A stretch of 63,068 bases of DNA, the filler included, from Choristocarpus tenellus KU-1152 (lineage: Eukaryota; Protista; Phaeophyceae): NCBI GenBank assembly GCA_964200185.2. It is 10 parts of 10 records of this genome, joined end to end, with 100 filler letters (N's around TTAATTAATTAA, not from the genome) between each part and the next. Parts side by side here need not be neighbours in the genome. Positions count along the whole stretch, not along the records: positions 40,555 to 43,644 come from CAXNAD020022389.1; positions 43,745 to 47,593 come from CAXNAD020017580.1; positions 47,694 to 53,021 come from CAXNAD020011139.1; positions 53,122 to 59,592 come from CAXNAD020008068.1; 6 more parts are not named here. One strand, written 5' to 3'. Of this stretch, positions 41,223 through 55,029 are shown piece by piece (position 1 is the first letter of the stretch; each line of letters opens with the position of its first letter). The position numbers were made by a program, and so were the translations under genes. The notes below the pieces were generated by a model. The model worked only from the letters and a program-made list of their open reading frames with translations. It did no database searches and was not told where the DNA came from.

Positions 41223-42049
41223 TTGGACAGTGAAGTTGATCATCTGATTTTCTAGGTTTGGTGCCTTGAGAATCTCACTGGATATGACATCTCAGCCCGA
41301 GATGAAGTAAAATATAGTTATGAAAAGGGTGAATAGAGGGTAGGGTGCATTTTACTAACAGCATGGTATATACATCCTAATTTTGCTTCAGTTTAGCGAG
41401 ATAATTTGACATGATAATAAATGAAGGCTCTACTGAAACTCTAAAGCTCCACATGTGCACCTGCAGCAAATAAATTGAGGTTTGATTTTTACCAGCAGTA
41501 GAGTGTGGCTGTGCATGGAACTGTTGATGACATTTTAGGATACTATGCTTCACCATACCATCGAATATGTAGTGGTATAGTATGATTATGTATGAAACTG
41601 TTGGTATTTTAAGCACCTATACCTTACAATGACACCAAACAACTAGCTTCATTCTGCAGCCATCCTTCCAATCCCCCGTTTCTTGTTGACAGAATCAGGG
41701 TTTCCTGCATTGATCAGTGGCCCACCCAAACAACAACCCTAGACATTCCCTTGGTTGCTTCATCAAGCAAAAATAATTCATTTTCCCCTCAATTTCGTTT
41801 TGTCAATGAATGCTGACAGTCGGTGTTCTAGAATGTACAGTAAGAGGTACTTTTTTGGATAACGAATAGACTCCAAACCGCAACCGTTTTCATCTGTAGG
41901 CTAGGGATAGGGTAAGATGGAATCAAAACAAGGCTAACAGGTAATGGTCAGTGAGATTGACTATTGCTGTTTGCAATGCCAACTTAAATTGAGGGAACCT
42001 CTATGAGTTCAACTGCTCGGAATGAATGACTCCTCATGGAGATTTGATA

Positions 42050-43560
42050 TAAAGTTCCACAAAGTTACACTGACCCCTGAGGTGAGCTGGTGGATTGAGC
42101 AATCCCTTGAGATTTTCTTTTGGCTGTTTTCTGCGCCTGCGCCTGCTCCTTCCCCTTCCCCTGATCTGTTGAATCACTGATGATTGCCATCTGTTTTCGT
42201 TATGTCAATTGTCGAATGGATAGTTCATGTTGGCATGGTCTACTTGGGATATGGACACAAGATTGTAATCAGTAAGGTATTTCTTCGCATTGCTTGGGTC
42301 TAGTGTACTTCGATACACCCAGAATAGATTATAAGGGGTTCTGTTAGAATACCAACAGGCTTGAAGTGCTAGGATACTATGCACAGTAAGGGGTCCTAGG
42401 AAATGGGAATCTGGACAAGGAGGTCCCCCTCCCTCACCTCGCCCTGAGGCCTTGGAGCGCAGAGTTTCATTTGTGTCACAAAGCCCCTCATATGGGAGAA
42501 TAGGTTGCACTTCACATACCCCTGAAACCATGTGGTGTCGAATTTTTCCATACACATCATCGATGCAAATGACTCGTTATTAGACTACCTGCCACCCCTC
42601 CTCCCACAGGTTGCAGACATTTCGCTTAGTGCTTAGGGTTTACAATCCACGTTCCTGGGGGGCATCTTAAGCATAGCGGAATAGTTTCTTTCACTATACG
42701 CCGTCTATGAACAGGTAGTTCCCCTCATATAGCAGGGTAGTATTGGATTTTTGTCAGGAAATGTTTTGCAATGAAGACCCACCAGTATGGATTACAACCC
42801 TTTAAGTCCTAATGATATCAACTATCACCTAGAGATGCGACTTCCTCACAACAGGATGACATGTGTACCATCTAATGGGGTTTCTGCCCTGTGTAAGATC
42901 TGGAAATACTCCACACAAGCTAGGACAGGCACGAAATATTCGTGAAACCAATTTGTGGTGTGGATACACATACTCTGGGATGAAACCTTGTGCTAGAGAT
43001 CAGGGTGTGGAGGGTGCATTGCTGTACGATAGATGCTCGCCTTGTTGTTGAAGGCCATCATAGCAGGAGAGTTATCTGGCACACTTTTGAGCACAGAAAG
43101 AACAGAGCTCATAAATACTGCCCGAGGTACCATTGTCTGGGGGGATTGTGTGAGTAAGGGATGAGGATGGGAACATAGAGAAATGAGTAAGAGATTGGGC
43201 AAGGAGGTATTTGTACAAGTATTGTGGTTGACATATGTTCAAAGGGTGTCCCCTCAGGCCCAAGTCCCAGAACCAATACCCTGCCAAAACTCCTAAGAGA
43301 ATGGAAGGAAGGGGCTGGCACAGCCTTGTTGCAACTACTGTATTTCCACTGTCAAGACAAATGGACTTACGGGGCAACAATGTGTTAGCTTTTTTACTCA
43401 CAAGGATAGCAAGGAAGAGATGTATTGACATCCTGGTTGAGGTTCTACTCTATGGTATACAAATTGAAGATAGGCGGTGCGGTCATATCAATTTTCAAGT
43501 CATGTTTTTTTTCAGGTCAGATACAGGGAACGTTTTGTATGTAGTGTGCTTAATCCCTAT
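42050..43560 (-). pseudogene. Possible decayed DIRS-like RT remnant
   Basis: GNTVVATRL...LAGYW...H resembles the recalled DIRS RT segment VVD.RL.FGW..SPG.W. Many disruptions. Confidence 0.3.
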
Positions 43561-43744
43561 TTAAGGTTTCTCGGACAATTTACTGAGTAAAACATATTCA
43601 ATTAGGGAGTTTTTGATGCTGCTTCATCAGTGCAGTTGTCCCCCNNNNNNNNNNNNNNNNNNNNNNNNNNNNNNNNNNNNNNNNNNNNTTAATTAATTAA
43701 NNNNNNNNNNNNNNNNNNNNNNNNNNNNNNNNNNNNNNNNNNNN

Positions 43745-43764
43745 CCCCCCAGATACTTTGAGCC
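43745..43764 (+). mobile_element. MITE family B right end
   Basis: ccccccagatactttgagcc. Confidence 0.8.
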
Positions 43765-43949
43765 ACCTGCGTCGTAGAGGAAGGGGTTGTGGGGGTGGTG
43801 TTTTTGACGATAGACAGTCAACACCGGGCCATTATGTCCCTCGTCCCTAGGGGTACCCAGGAGGATTTGACCCCTGTCCACTTTGGAACAGTCATGGTGT
43901 TGTTGACACCATCGTATGGAGTGGCAAGCGTCAGAGGTTGACATCAGTC

Positions 43950-46900
43950 ACACCTCTTGCTCCTCAGGCATCATTTATTGCTTGCACGCGTGTCACTAAG
44001 CATTTTTCTTTGCCGTTAGGTCAACCAAACTCGTGTAATAATAATGAAACTTGGTTCAACAGTTCTTTGTGCAGATACCCCCATCTATGCCCAAACCTTT
44101 ATTGTTTTCATCACAAAGGGTTCGTGTATCTGGCACCGTTGAAGAACAAGAGGAAACTGACTTGACTGTTGGCACAGCTAGTGATGTACCACGTATTTCA
44201 GAAATATTTGTTCATAATCACCCTGAACTGAAACGTTTTGATGTGCATCCTGTCCCACCTGGTGCAATAAATCTACGTACGGCAAACGGTTCACCATTGT
44301 ATATCCGTGGATTTATTCGTTTTGCAGTTACACTTGGTGACACCACATTACCAGTTGAAGCTTTAGTGATTCCCCAACTTGGTCCCGATAAAATTCTGCT
44401 TGATAAAAGTGTTATGCAGGCCTCCGGTGCAATCCTTGATTGGCACGAACAACGTCTCTCATTCCACGACAGTTCGTCTACCACTTCAGCGAGACATCAT
44501 ATGACAAGGAGCCCCACACAACAAGATTGTGATACAAGTACCACTCCTTTGTGCTCTGCGGTGAGTGTGCAACATGATTTTGACCCTGTACCCGTTCGTG
44601 TACATAAAAAATATTCCATACCACCTGGTCATGAAATCATCGTGCATTGCACAATTGATGCTAGCCCGTCGTTTGATACTGCCATTGTAGTGGAGCCAGT
44701 CATACACTCTATACCTGCTGTAGATCAAACCACTGAACCTACACACCCATGGAATCGTATCGTAGCTGCTTGCACTCTCAGTACTTGGTCAGCGAGTAAT
44801 AGAGCAGTATTGATTCAAATGGCAAATCCAACAGCATGAAAGGTCCGTATCCAGAAGCATCTTGTGATAGGTCACTTAACCCCAATTTCCGATCAGATAC
44901 CAATCACTGTTAGTGCTCTAAATACTGATTCTGCTCCATTTAGTAAACCTAAAGAGGAGTTACATCAAGCCTTCAATAAGACAAATGCATTCAAATAGTC
45001 ACAAGTGTCTCAACTTTTAGACCTCTGTGCTCGTTATAGATCGGTATTTTCGTTTAATGCAGCAGAACTAGGCAGATGTACTCTAGCTGAAGCAGAAATT
45101 CTATAGAGCTGGGTATCAAACCTGTTGACAGGAACCCTTACAGAGCAAGCCCCCGTACTCAACAAGTAATTGACTCGTGTGTTAATACTATGGAAGAGCA
45201 AGGCATAATTGAAAAACGTGCCAGCCCTTGGGGTAGTCCTGTTACTATTGTGGCCAAATCTGATGGCTCCCCACGATTCTGTGTAGACTATAGGTCAACT
45301 TTTAATAAACACCTTGTTCGACAGACTTGGCCTATGCCTGATATGGAGTCCCATATTGATACTGTTGGGGGTGCAGAATTTATCACCGTTTGTGATATTC
45401 AGAGTGCATATTGGCAAATCCCTGTTACTGAAGAGGATATTGATAAAACTGCTTTTGTCACGTCCAGAGGCAAATAATTTTGTAAGAGGATGCCTTTTGG
45501 GATATCAAATGCTCCCTGGCAATTTAAAAGAATCATGTCCTTAGCCTTTGCAAATTTTGGTCCTTTGAGTGGGTTGCTAGTTTGCATGGATGATCTGATT
45601 GCTTGTTCTCCCATATGGGAAGGACATCTACACTTACTAGAACAGCAATTCAAAGCTTTTAGAAGCAGCAGGTTTAAACCTTGAAACCGTTAAAGATCCA
45701 ATTTGGACCTAAAGAAGTACGCTATGTGGGTCACATTTTATCGTCTGAAGGGTTTCATATCGGGAAAGATCGGGTTCGTGCAATCACTGAGTTACCCAAA
45801 CCCACCACCATCAAAGAACTCCGATCTGTCCTAGGTATGATTAATTTTGTACGTAAATTCATACCCAACTTAGCCACAGTAATCGAATGAGAGTGGTGCT
45901 GGAGGTTTTTTAGCACAGCCCCGATCCGATAATCCTGGAGACCTAGGTATTTAATCAAGATACTTAGCAAAAAATTTAATCAAGCTCAACGTCCCTATTC
46001 AGCTACATTAAGAGTGTTATGCAGTCGTTACAGCTATCACTCATTGACAACCGTATCTTTGGGGTAGACACTTTACCTGCATCACAGATCATGCCGCATT
46101 GTGTTACTTGTATAGAATGCAGGATACCAGTAACATGCTTACTCGTTTGGGCTATTACTCTTCAAGCTTATGATCTCACTGTCAAACACAAGCTCGGTAA
46201 GCTCAATGGTATACCTGATACTCTATCTCGTATTTTCAAGTTCGAGGAACAGGAGAAATCCGTTGCTCCAGTGCTGGCACCAATCTGTCGTAATGTGCCT
46301 GAAGGTAGTGGTACATTTTCCGCACGTGTTCAAAAGGAATATGAGTTATCTGCTTCTAACCTTCGCGAACGACTATTTACTAGTTCCACTACTGTGTTTC
46401 CTGCAGTGGACCCGGAACAATTGCGCAAGGAGCAGGAATCCGAGTTCGGACCATATTTCAGGTATTTGCAGTCCCCCAACGTCGCCCCACCACCTGATAA
46501 GGAATCAATGACGTCCGTGTCGTATTTTTTCCTTTGTAATGGCTTACTGTATCGTTCGTATGAGGAGCACGTTTGGAGACCAGTTGGTCGTTCCTCGCTC
46601 GTTAGTTCATCTTGTACTCCATGCTTGTCGTGACCATGCCTTGTCTGGAGTCCACTTAGGCTTCAAACCCACGTTCGATAAGGTTAGAGATGCGTATTGG
46701 TGGCCAACATTCAATATCGACGTTTGTACATGGTGTCGTGACTGTCAAGCCTGCCAAACGCGCGAGACTGCTCATAAAAAACCATTCCCACTGGCCGTAT
46801 GCCCGTCGATAGACCATTTCAACGTGTTGCTATTGATTTTGGCAGAGTATAAAACACGTTCCCCAGCAGCAAATGGTGTGATGTGCTTATATGTGTTGTC

Positions 46901-47572
46901 TGCTATTGATCACCTCACTCGTTTTGTTGTGCTCAGCCTGTTCCAAATAAAGAGGCCGCAACAATTGCTCGTACGCTGGTAGAACGTGTATTATTTTCAA
47001 TTTTTGGTCCACCCGAGTTGTTACACTCCGATCAAGGTACCGAATTTGAAAACAGTATCGTTGCAGAGTTGCAATCTGTCCTTGGTTACAAGAAAATCAA
47101 AACCACACCGTATCGCCCCCAAGGAAATTCTGTGTTGGAGAGAGTACATGCTACGTTGCATTCTATGCTAGTAATGTATATATCTGTTGCTAATAACTGG
47201 GCATCATTATTGCCTTTCGTACAATTAGCCCATAACACAACATCCAGTGCAAAGTTGCATGAAACTCCGTTTTTCCTTCTGTTCGGAAGACAAGCTCGTT
47301 TACCTGTTGACATTATCCTTGGTTCGTCTAATGCTGATTCAGATGTCACTACTGAAGAGTCTACTCCTCAAACCAAAGATGATTTAGAGCTTGCATTTGA
47401 GTTGGCACGTCGTAATCTCCATGAACACGTTAAAAATCAGGAGCGTGTCAACCAAAGTCTCGTGTTCCCCGTTTTCGTACCTGGCCATCAAGTTCTAGTC
47501 CATAGACCACATGAGAGTACTGATGGTCTGAACCCGAAGTTACTTCACCCTTGAAGGGGTCTGTAAGAAGTA
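43950..47572 (+). mobile_element. Degenerate Ty3/Gypsy LTR retrotransposon pol (protease-RT-RNase H-integrase)
   Basis: Protease-like LRTANGSPL.I.G...ILL; RT SPWGSPV.IV.K.DG..RFCVDYR, SAYWQIP, KTAF, MPFG and CMDD; LRS.LG.INF.RKFIPN; HK.GKLN.IPDTLSR; integrase HHCC, IDHLTRF, SDQGTEF and TTPYRPQGN..LER. Integrase-last domain order; many stops and frameshifts; LTRs not in the contig. Confidence 0.95.
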
Positions 47573-47593
47573 GGGTCAAAGTATCTTGGGGGG
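47573..47593 (+). mobile_element. MITE family B end inserted at the Gypsy integrase C-terminus
   Basis: gggtcaaagtatcttgggggg directly after the degenerate HP.RG motif. Confidence 0.75.
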
Positions 47594-47693
47594 NNNNNNN
47601 NNNNNNNNNNNNNNNNNNNNNNNNNNNNNNNNNNNNNTTAATTAATTAANNNNNNNNNNNNNNNNNNNNNNNNNNNNNNNNNNNNNNNNNNNN

Positions 47694-47769
47694 ATGCACT
47701 TTTCCTGATTTTGACCCAAATGGACCCCTTGGTGTAGACCCTCCCCCCCCCTCCCAGATACTTTGGGTC
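47694..47769 (-). mobile_element. MITE family B partial copy
   Basis: Reverse complement of 56540-56615; ends cccagatactttgggtc. Confidence 0.9.
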
Positions 47770-48844
47770 TTGTGGATGCATTAACTCTGAATATATCCTG
47801 TTCAGTTGTGTGTCAAGGTACGCTTATTGCAGAGTGAATCGGAAGTTGGAAGAGGGGGCACCACCTTCCAAAAAAAAGTATCAAACGAGGTGTACCAGGG
47901 TTTGATCTACGAGAAGAATATGAGAAAGGGTCAAGTCTAGTCCTTAGTCAACTCGTGTGTGTCACGTAGTGGCTGGGTTTGTGTATACATACAAGCTCCA
48001 CGTGCCAACAATCACTTTGCCCACATAAGCTGCCCTAGGCATGAAGACTTTGATCTGTTTCATAGATCTGAGACCAATTGGGGACTATTTTTTATTTCTT
48101 CCTTCAACAAATAGCAATGTTTTGTACATTTATAGTTTTTTTCTCTCCTGTTGTACTTATCGTTCTGACCTTCACGATTCTGATCTTCCTGTATGTTTAT
48201 GTTGATTCTCTCTATACATCACAGCATCTACTATACGTTTGGCATTACTCTATCATGAATTGAACTACTCTGTATTATGGAGTGCTACTCAACTATCAAA
48301 ATTTTCAGCATTTTACAGATAGATCAGAGTTCAATATTTAGAGTGCAGGACACTATGACCACAACATTTACCATTAATGGTACCGGACTAACTCCTTGGT
48401 TGGGTAGTATACCTGAGCCTGACAATCGACAAATAGAGGTTAGTTGGCCTTCCATTCTAATTTGGGAAGCATTATGTGTCCAGTGAGGAGGTGAGATGCG
48501 ATGAAATTCCTCAATCTGGAGTATGGTGTGGTAGCAATGTTCAATCAACCCTAAAGGGTGTTCTGGACGTGCTTGAGTGTAGTAGTGATGTTTTGAAGTG
48601 ATCGGTATGGGGTACAAGAGCTGTAATTTTATATGTGAACATGTAGTTAGATTGAGTATAATGAAAAGGGACATGTGGACTTCAGATACTCCCCCCGTTG
48701 ATTTTTCATAGTCACTAGTGAGAAAATATGTTTTCACCAACCACATACTCAAGTTTACTTTCAACTAATTTTGTTGGCCTTTCATGTTTTTTGGAGAATT
48801 TGCATAAACTTCAAATCATATGTATACGAGTATGAAAGTTGTGT

Positions 48845-48960
48845 CTGGAGCAAGGATATTGATACTCTGTATCAAACACGTAACCAAAATTACATCAAAA
48901 TCGCATCATTGGATCTTGGATCCCAAACAGACACACCTAGCCTCTCAAATGCTTTGACTC
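48845..48960 (-). mobile_element. MITE family A, degenerate half copy
   Basis: ctggagcaaggatattga...caaaattacatcaaaatcgcatcattggat...aatgctttgactc. Confidence 0.75.
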
Positions 48961-49059
48961 ATAAGGGTATACCTGTTTGTGTCCTCTGCCCTCGATAATG
49001 TTTTTTTACTTCACTCCTTTTACAACAACGCATTTTTCTAGTTTCGCTTTGAGTAGGTG

Positions 49060-50670
49060 ATACACTATATTTATATTTTATGCCCTCTGACATTTTACGG
49101 ATGTGTCAGGGAAAAAGCCAAACCCGAATCCCAAGGACTCCTGTAAAAGTAACAGTTATCGTAAATGTGAAAGATTAAATCTCTTCACTATTTGAACACC
49201 ACCAGCTGTACTGCAACACTCCTTGAAAGGTTGGAAATAACAATGCTATGTATGAGTACATTGCAGAAATGCCTCCTACCTAGCTTAGCCCCACACAAGT
49301 GAGCGAAGAGCTAGGGAAGCATCCCAATAATCTGGCATGTTCCTTCTTGCGCATCTGCCTGGTGTCTTTAGCCTGGAACGCATGACACATCTTGAGAGAG
49401 CCATTTGTGTAGTGATAGACACTATTTTTGTAGGCGGGATTTGACAATAACCTCCAGCCTCTCTCCCCCTCGCTGCATTTGTAGCCGATTCTTCCAGAAA
49501 CCTTTCTGCTTGCTTGGCGAGCTGCCCAAAACCTTTCACCGTGAAGGTGTTGATGTTAAAACTACGAGGATCAAAAGAACCCTCGCAGTGGGTGTGTTTT
49601 TGTGGCTTAGCTCCAGCAGCAGCTACGCCATTGCTGATGGATGAGTGTGGCCGATGGGATGCTGTTTACACTTCTGCATATGCAGCACCCAAGAGGGGGC
49701 CTTTGTCCCGGTAGGGAGCTGATCCAGCGCCCACAAGTGCCCCAGCGAGGAAGACCACACCCATACGGAAATTCCGGTCCACTGTCAACGGGCTACCATT
49801 CTCCATAGTACAAGGGATGCCCATTCCCTTTCAGCGTTGACCTAGATGCTTAACCATTGGCATGTGCTAGCATACCTGTCCCCCTGCCCTAGGTTAGGAA
49901 TGAGCGTGTCGGATGTCAACATTATGTTTCCTGCACCCACTGGGCACCTGTTGGACAGATAGGGGCCTCCTCCCTCCCTAGGTATCTGCTTGCAGTGAGT
50001 CTAAGCCCTATGGGAGGGATATGGTGTGCTGGTTGCAGGGGTTATGTGGAGGCCCATGGATTTGCCCCTTGTCCACACTGGCTCCAGTCGTGGGCCAGGG
50101 GTTGGAAAGAATTTTCCCTTCCTTGTTCTGCATTGTCTGGTAGGTTGGCCAATTGCATCTGAAAGAGTTGAATACGATCTCATGTTGTGCCCTCTTTCTG
50201 GTCCTGGCATCTTGGACTGCTAGAGTGTGAACCCCTGGGACTGGGGTAGGGGTTGTTGTTCTTCCCCAGGTTACCCAGCCTTGGCCAATAATTTCCCTAA
50301 GTCTTCTGATGGAACTTCTGCTGAGAGGAGGGTGCGGGTGGATGATTCCAGGGCCAGAAATGTGGGGCTCCTACAGATGGCTTCAGAGAAACTCTCCCCA
50401 TGGGGCTCTTGTTGCCTTGCTAGAGGTGTGGGGAGAGTGACCACCAGTGATGTTACAAAAGCTACCTACTGGCAAAGTTTTATGGAGGATAGGCCCAACC
50501 TCCCAAACCATAAATCGCGGAGGAAGCAGCCTATGTTTCAACGCTTTAACCATGCAGAGTCTAACAGTAAGTTGTGGTCATATATCGTGCGTAATGGTGC
50601 AATGCAATGCCTGTAGTGTACACTCAGGAACTATTACAAGTAGGCAGACCAACGGTCGACAGTAGTTGGT
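49060..50670 (-). mobile_element. Degenerate CRE/RLE-type non-LTR retrotransposon, 3' portion
   Basis: Across frameshifts: SQCGQGAN.W, a zinc-knuckle-like CPSGC...RHAH, GIP...E..SP....NFRM, GVAAAGA...KH.H..GSFDPRSF..TF.V.GFGQL..QAERFL and IVSITTQMALSR.VMR. Shares its 3' region with 30890-31350. Confidence 0.75.
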
Positions 50671-50779
50671 GGTACTGAATTCTATCTAGGAATCACAGAG
50701 GGAGTACTCTATGTTTCAACAATGACCTGCTTGGAGAACTCCTTTAACTTGCCCTTACTGAGGGTAGGAGTATTCTCGG

Positions 50780-51024
50780 AGGTTTTCATAGGATTGTGGT
50801 GGCTATATAGGAGCAGGAGGGTGTGCCTCAAGCTTGGGAAGATGTGGTCACTAATTTACTCCGTGAGAAAATTTATCACACTGTGGTACCTACTACTAGG
50901 CATTTCATTGGTGGCACATGCTGGCAAATTGGCTCTTAAAGTTGTGGCAAGAAGACTCAATGTCTCGTTGAAACAGGAGGATATCTTACACGAGGAACAA
51001 TCAATGTGGTTTCCGCTTTCTTAA
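50780..51024 (+). mobile_element. RTE-clade LINE RT N-terminal fragment
   Basis: GISLVAHAGKLALKVVARRL......ILHEEQ matches the RTE motif YRGISL.AHAGK...I..RL.......LPEEQ.GFR. Confidence 0.75.
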
Positions 51025-52951
51025 AAATAATGTTGGTCTTGTCCCAAATACGAGTGTTGGCTGGTCCTTTGTTGTCATCCCCACCTTGCGCAGAGCAGTG
51101 CACAGGAGAACCCCCCTGTCTCCAGGTTCCCTACTATATGGGCAACCCCCACTACTGTAATACGCTTTTCACTTTTTCGTACTCATTTTCGAATACCTAT
51201 CCCTATTATCTCTAACCCTAACCACCCTACCCTAACTTGTGTATGAAAAATATGCCTCAAATTTCCTCAGTCAGTGGACTGATGTACACCCTGCGTGTCC
51301 TACAGGTACTTGGAATGGCAAAACATACACCCATGTTCGCATCCTTTGTTGATCTGTATAAATATTTAAGCATACCTATGTGAAGGTGGGGTTTGAGGCA
51401 ATGTAATGCTCTCACATAAAACAGTGGTCAGCATAGATAAATTCAAAACATGCAAAAATTAAGTGATCTCAGACCATGGCCCTCCAGTGCAGTTTTCCGA
51501 ACTGGTTGGACTTCAAGTAGAGGGGAAGTGGGGAGTTTTGTGTGACGATGGTTCCAGGCATCTATAGGTTCCGCTATAGAGAGGAGTATCAATACTGAAT
51601 AATATTATATACTAATAATCCTACTATGACTTTTACCGTCTTCAAATCAAAGCTCTAGCAAAACCAATGATGTATTTCGTCCATACTACCACCACTACTA
51701 CTATTACTACTACTATTACTACTACTATTACTACTACTATTACTACTACTTTTTAGTAGAAGTGGGTGGAGAAGTATGACCACTCACCAATTTTTTTAAG
51801 GCAACGATGCCTTCACCGTGTTAAAAACTCCGACATCTTTAGGTTTGGGATGGTAGGTGATACACCTACCCTATCGAACGTGTTGTTCCAGCTTGCGTGG
51901 ATAACCGGCAAGGCACCAATAAGAGTAAACCGAAGACATAGAGGTTTTGGAGATCCTTCTGTGGAGATATCTTGAAGATACTCCCAATAATATCCGTCCC
52001 TTGTGTTACGCTCTGAGTGTGGGATCGGTGATCATTTGCTCTGGAAGGGGAAGGGGGGCAATCGGGGAGTGGCTAGTTTCTGTGCAATTGCAGAGTGGAG
52101 CGATTGTGAGGAAGGCGCGAAATAATATCGCTGTGCCACATCATTGGACAACCTGAACAAGATGGCTCGCAATGGAGGGGGAATCGGTGCGTATTGTATT
52201 AAATGCCAACTCGAAATGTTTTCAGCATGGCATGAAGATTACACGTCGAAATAATTAATCTTCCAACTTAATTTTCCCTCGTCGGGTATAGTGAGAGTGC
52301 ATGCTGGTGGCTGATGCTGCTCCTGTTATGTCGGTGTAGCATCCCACGACACTCTCTGATTTGAAGTGTTCAGCACTTCCTTCAACGTACCCCTTTGTAC
52401 TCTTTGATTGCGCTGAGAGTTTTAGGAACTTGTCGTTGTGTATCAGGTCATGTATACCGTGCCTTTGTGTTATCCTCTTTTGAATGGAATTTTTTCCCGT
52501 GTGCTGCACAATGCGGAGGGAGGTTTCGCTGGGTGACATCAAGCAACAGATCCACGTGAATCATTCAATTTTGAAAAGCGAAGATAAAACCGATACAGCC
52601 ATCGCTCTCAATCGGATGAGCCTTAGCCAATTTTTCTTACCTCGACCCACGAAAGTTGTGTCTTGTTGATTCAGTGAATCATATGCACCAACACCAGTAT
52701 CCTCTGGTCTGACCTTCGTCGTAGCAACCGCCTCGTACTTAGCACGAAGGTGTGAATAGTAAATAGGGGTGCATCTACAATAAAAGAACAAGGTATATTC
52801 AGAGTCGAAGGTATCCTTCAAGATTCGAGTTGATTTTGCATTCAAATTGTGGGTGGGCACCCCATAGAGATGCCACCTCAGCGTTTGTTTTTAGTCTCCT
52901 CTCTGCCCGCCCCTACACCGCACCACCAAACCCTAGACATCCTAATTTTTC

Positions 52952-52987
<36 letters not shown>

Positions 52988-55029
52988 TCCTTCTCCTATC
53001 TTTTCTTCTCCTTTTCTTCATNNNNNNNNNNNNNNNNNNNNNNNNNNNNNNNNNNNNNNNNNNNNTTAATTAATTAANNNNNNNNNNNNNNNNNNNNNNN
53101 NNNNNNNNNNNNNNNNNNNNNCAAGGTCCTGCCATATAAAGGCTTGCTCAACCAATAAACAAAGAACATACAAAGGACTCAGAAAAATAGGGAGTTTCAT
53201 AGTAAGACTCTCCCCCCTCACAAATATCAACACAAATGGATATGGATGAAAAATTACAATAGCACTGTCATAGACTCTCCCCCCTCAGAACTAAACACAA
53301 ACAACTATAGGACACCCACACAAATGCATCACAGTCGCATAGGGGTAGGGTGCTGCCATGGAAAGGCTTACACCTTCTCTAGGAACAATGAACATACAAA
53401 CAAAATGTCTAGCAGTAACATAAAAATCTATAAACCATAGCAAACCTTTTCAGTGCGAAAAGGCAGACATGCTATTCGCCTGTAACAATTACGCCCTCTG
53501 ACATTTTGCAGTATAGGTATTGTTTCGAAGAAAAAGTACTAGACAACAAATCAATGTACTTAGTTGGACCCGTTGTTTGAAAGGAACTACAAAAGGAGAA
53601 CAGAAAAAGGAATGTAAAAATAAGGATGAAGAAACGCAGAATTGTTACTACCAGGCATAATGTGTCGTTTTGAATGAGTGAGCACTCTTAGTGTAGGGAC
53701 CTACGAAGGATTTGTACTTGACGAATATTCAAGTTCCTCCCCATTCTTAGACTGTTGGTTGACGTACTTTGCTAACACGAAAATGTTTCGGGGACACTTC
53801 TCTTTACATTTGTCATTTCCTGTAGGAAGAGGGGCATGATGGGGTAATAGGAACCTTCTCTTTCACTTTCCTTTAATATATTACTTCTCAAAGTAGTACC
53901 TATCTTTAGGCACCAAGTATGTGGTGGATATTTGAAACAACCGTCAGACTTACCTCTTCTCTCTCTTTACCCTAACCCTAACGTTCACCTGTTCCAACAG
54001 GTTTTTGAGAATTGTTCAGACCATTGTTAACCAAGAATGCGTCTTTTTTCAATGTTGCCTGGTAGGACCCTGACCTGCGATGCCTTCATTATCTACTTAG
54101 ATGCCTCTGTTAATCACTTCAAATGTCTAAGTTATACACAGACCCCCTCCCTCGCGTTCTCTTTTTCCTCAGGCACAGTCCATACGGGTTTGCCCAGGAA
54201 TAAACTCCCACCGTTCTTCTCCTCCTGGGGCTGCTGAGTACTGTGGCTACTGTCTGATGGAGTTCCCTTCCTATTCCCGCCATGGGCAGCCCTCAAGTGC
54301 TACCTACTTACAGCATTGCCCAACAAGCACGTAAGGGGACGTTGTTCCGAGGAGCACCCAGGAGAAAAGAAGAAATAACATCTTTGCGACACTCTATTCT
54401 GAGACAGAGACACGAATACATCAATCAATACAAAAGGAGTGCAGGTCAAAACCCCACCTCACTTGGACCCCGCAGCTCAAACCACCCACGTCTTTCATGC
54501 GCCCAAAGTTCCGCCGAAGGGAAAATCCTCACCCTCATGTACCCTGATAGACCTTGTGAACGACACCCTCATGTTGTCTTTTTCGAGTGGCAGGAAGTAT
54601 GTTGCAGATACAGGTTTCCTCGATACGATTGCCTACAAATCCACTCTCTGGCACATCACAAGGAACCTGATAGTACTGAGAACAAAGGGTGTGGACAAGG
54701 GAGCAAGAAGTGCCAGACTGGCAACGACCTTTGGTTTCCGAGGGCACGAAGTACAAATCAGAGGCATACTTGTCTGCCTCGTGTATGGCATTGGGTGGAA
54801 GCAAAGGCAACGATCCCTTTGGATGACATTGTGGAGAAGTGAATAGATCACACATCCCACTGTTGGGCGATTGAGGGCTCCACAATGACCAAACACTGCG
54901 CCTATTCTACCATGATAAGTAAGTTGGTACAATGTAGTAGGCGTTGGTAGGTAACATTACCGCAATTTCGTTTGGGGATCGTCCATAATTGCTCGCCTAT
55001 ATTGAAGAGGAAAATATCTAGTAAAATTA

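Noticed and set aside
54439-54846. Copia-type protease remnant (VADTG)
   Set aside because: A single weak motif with no supporting integrase or RT nearby.
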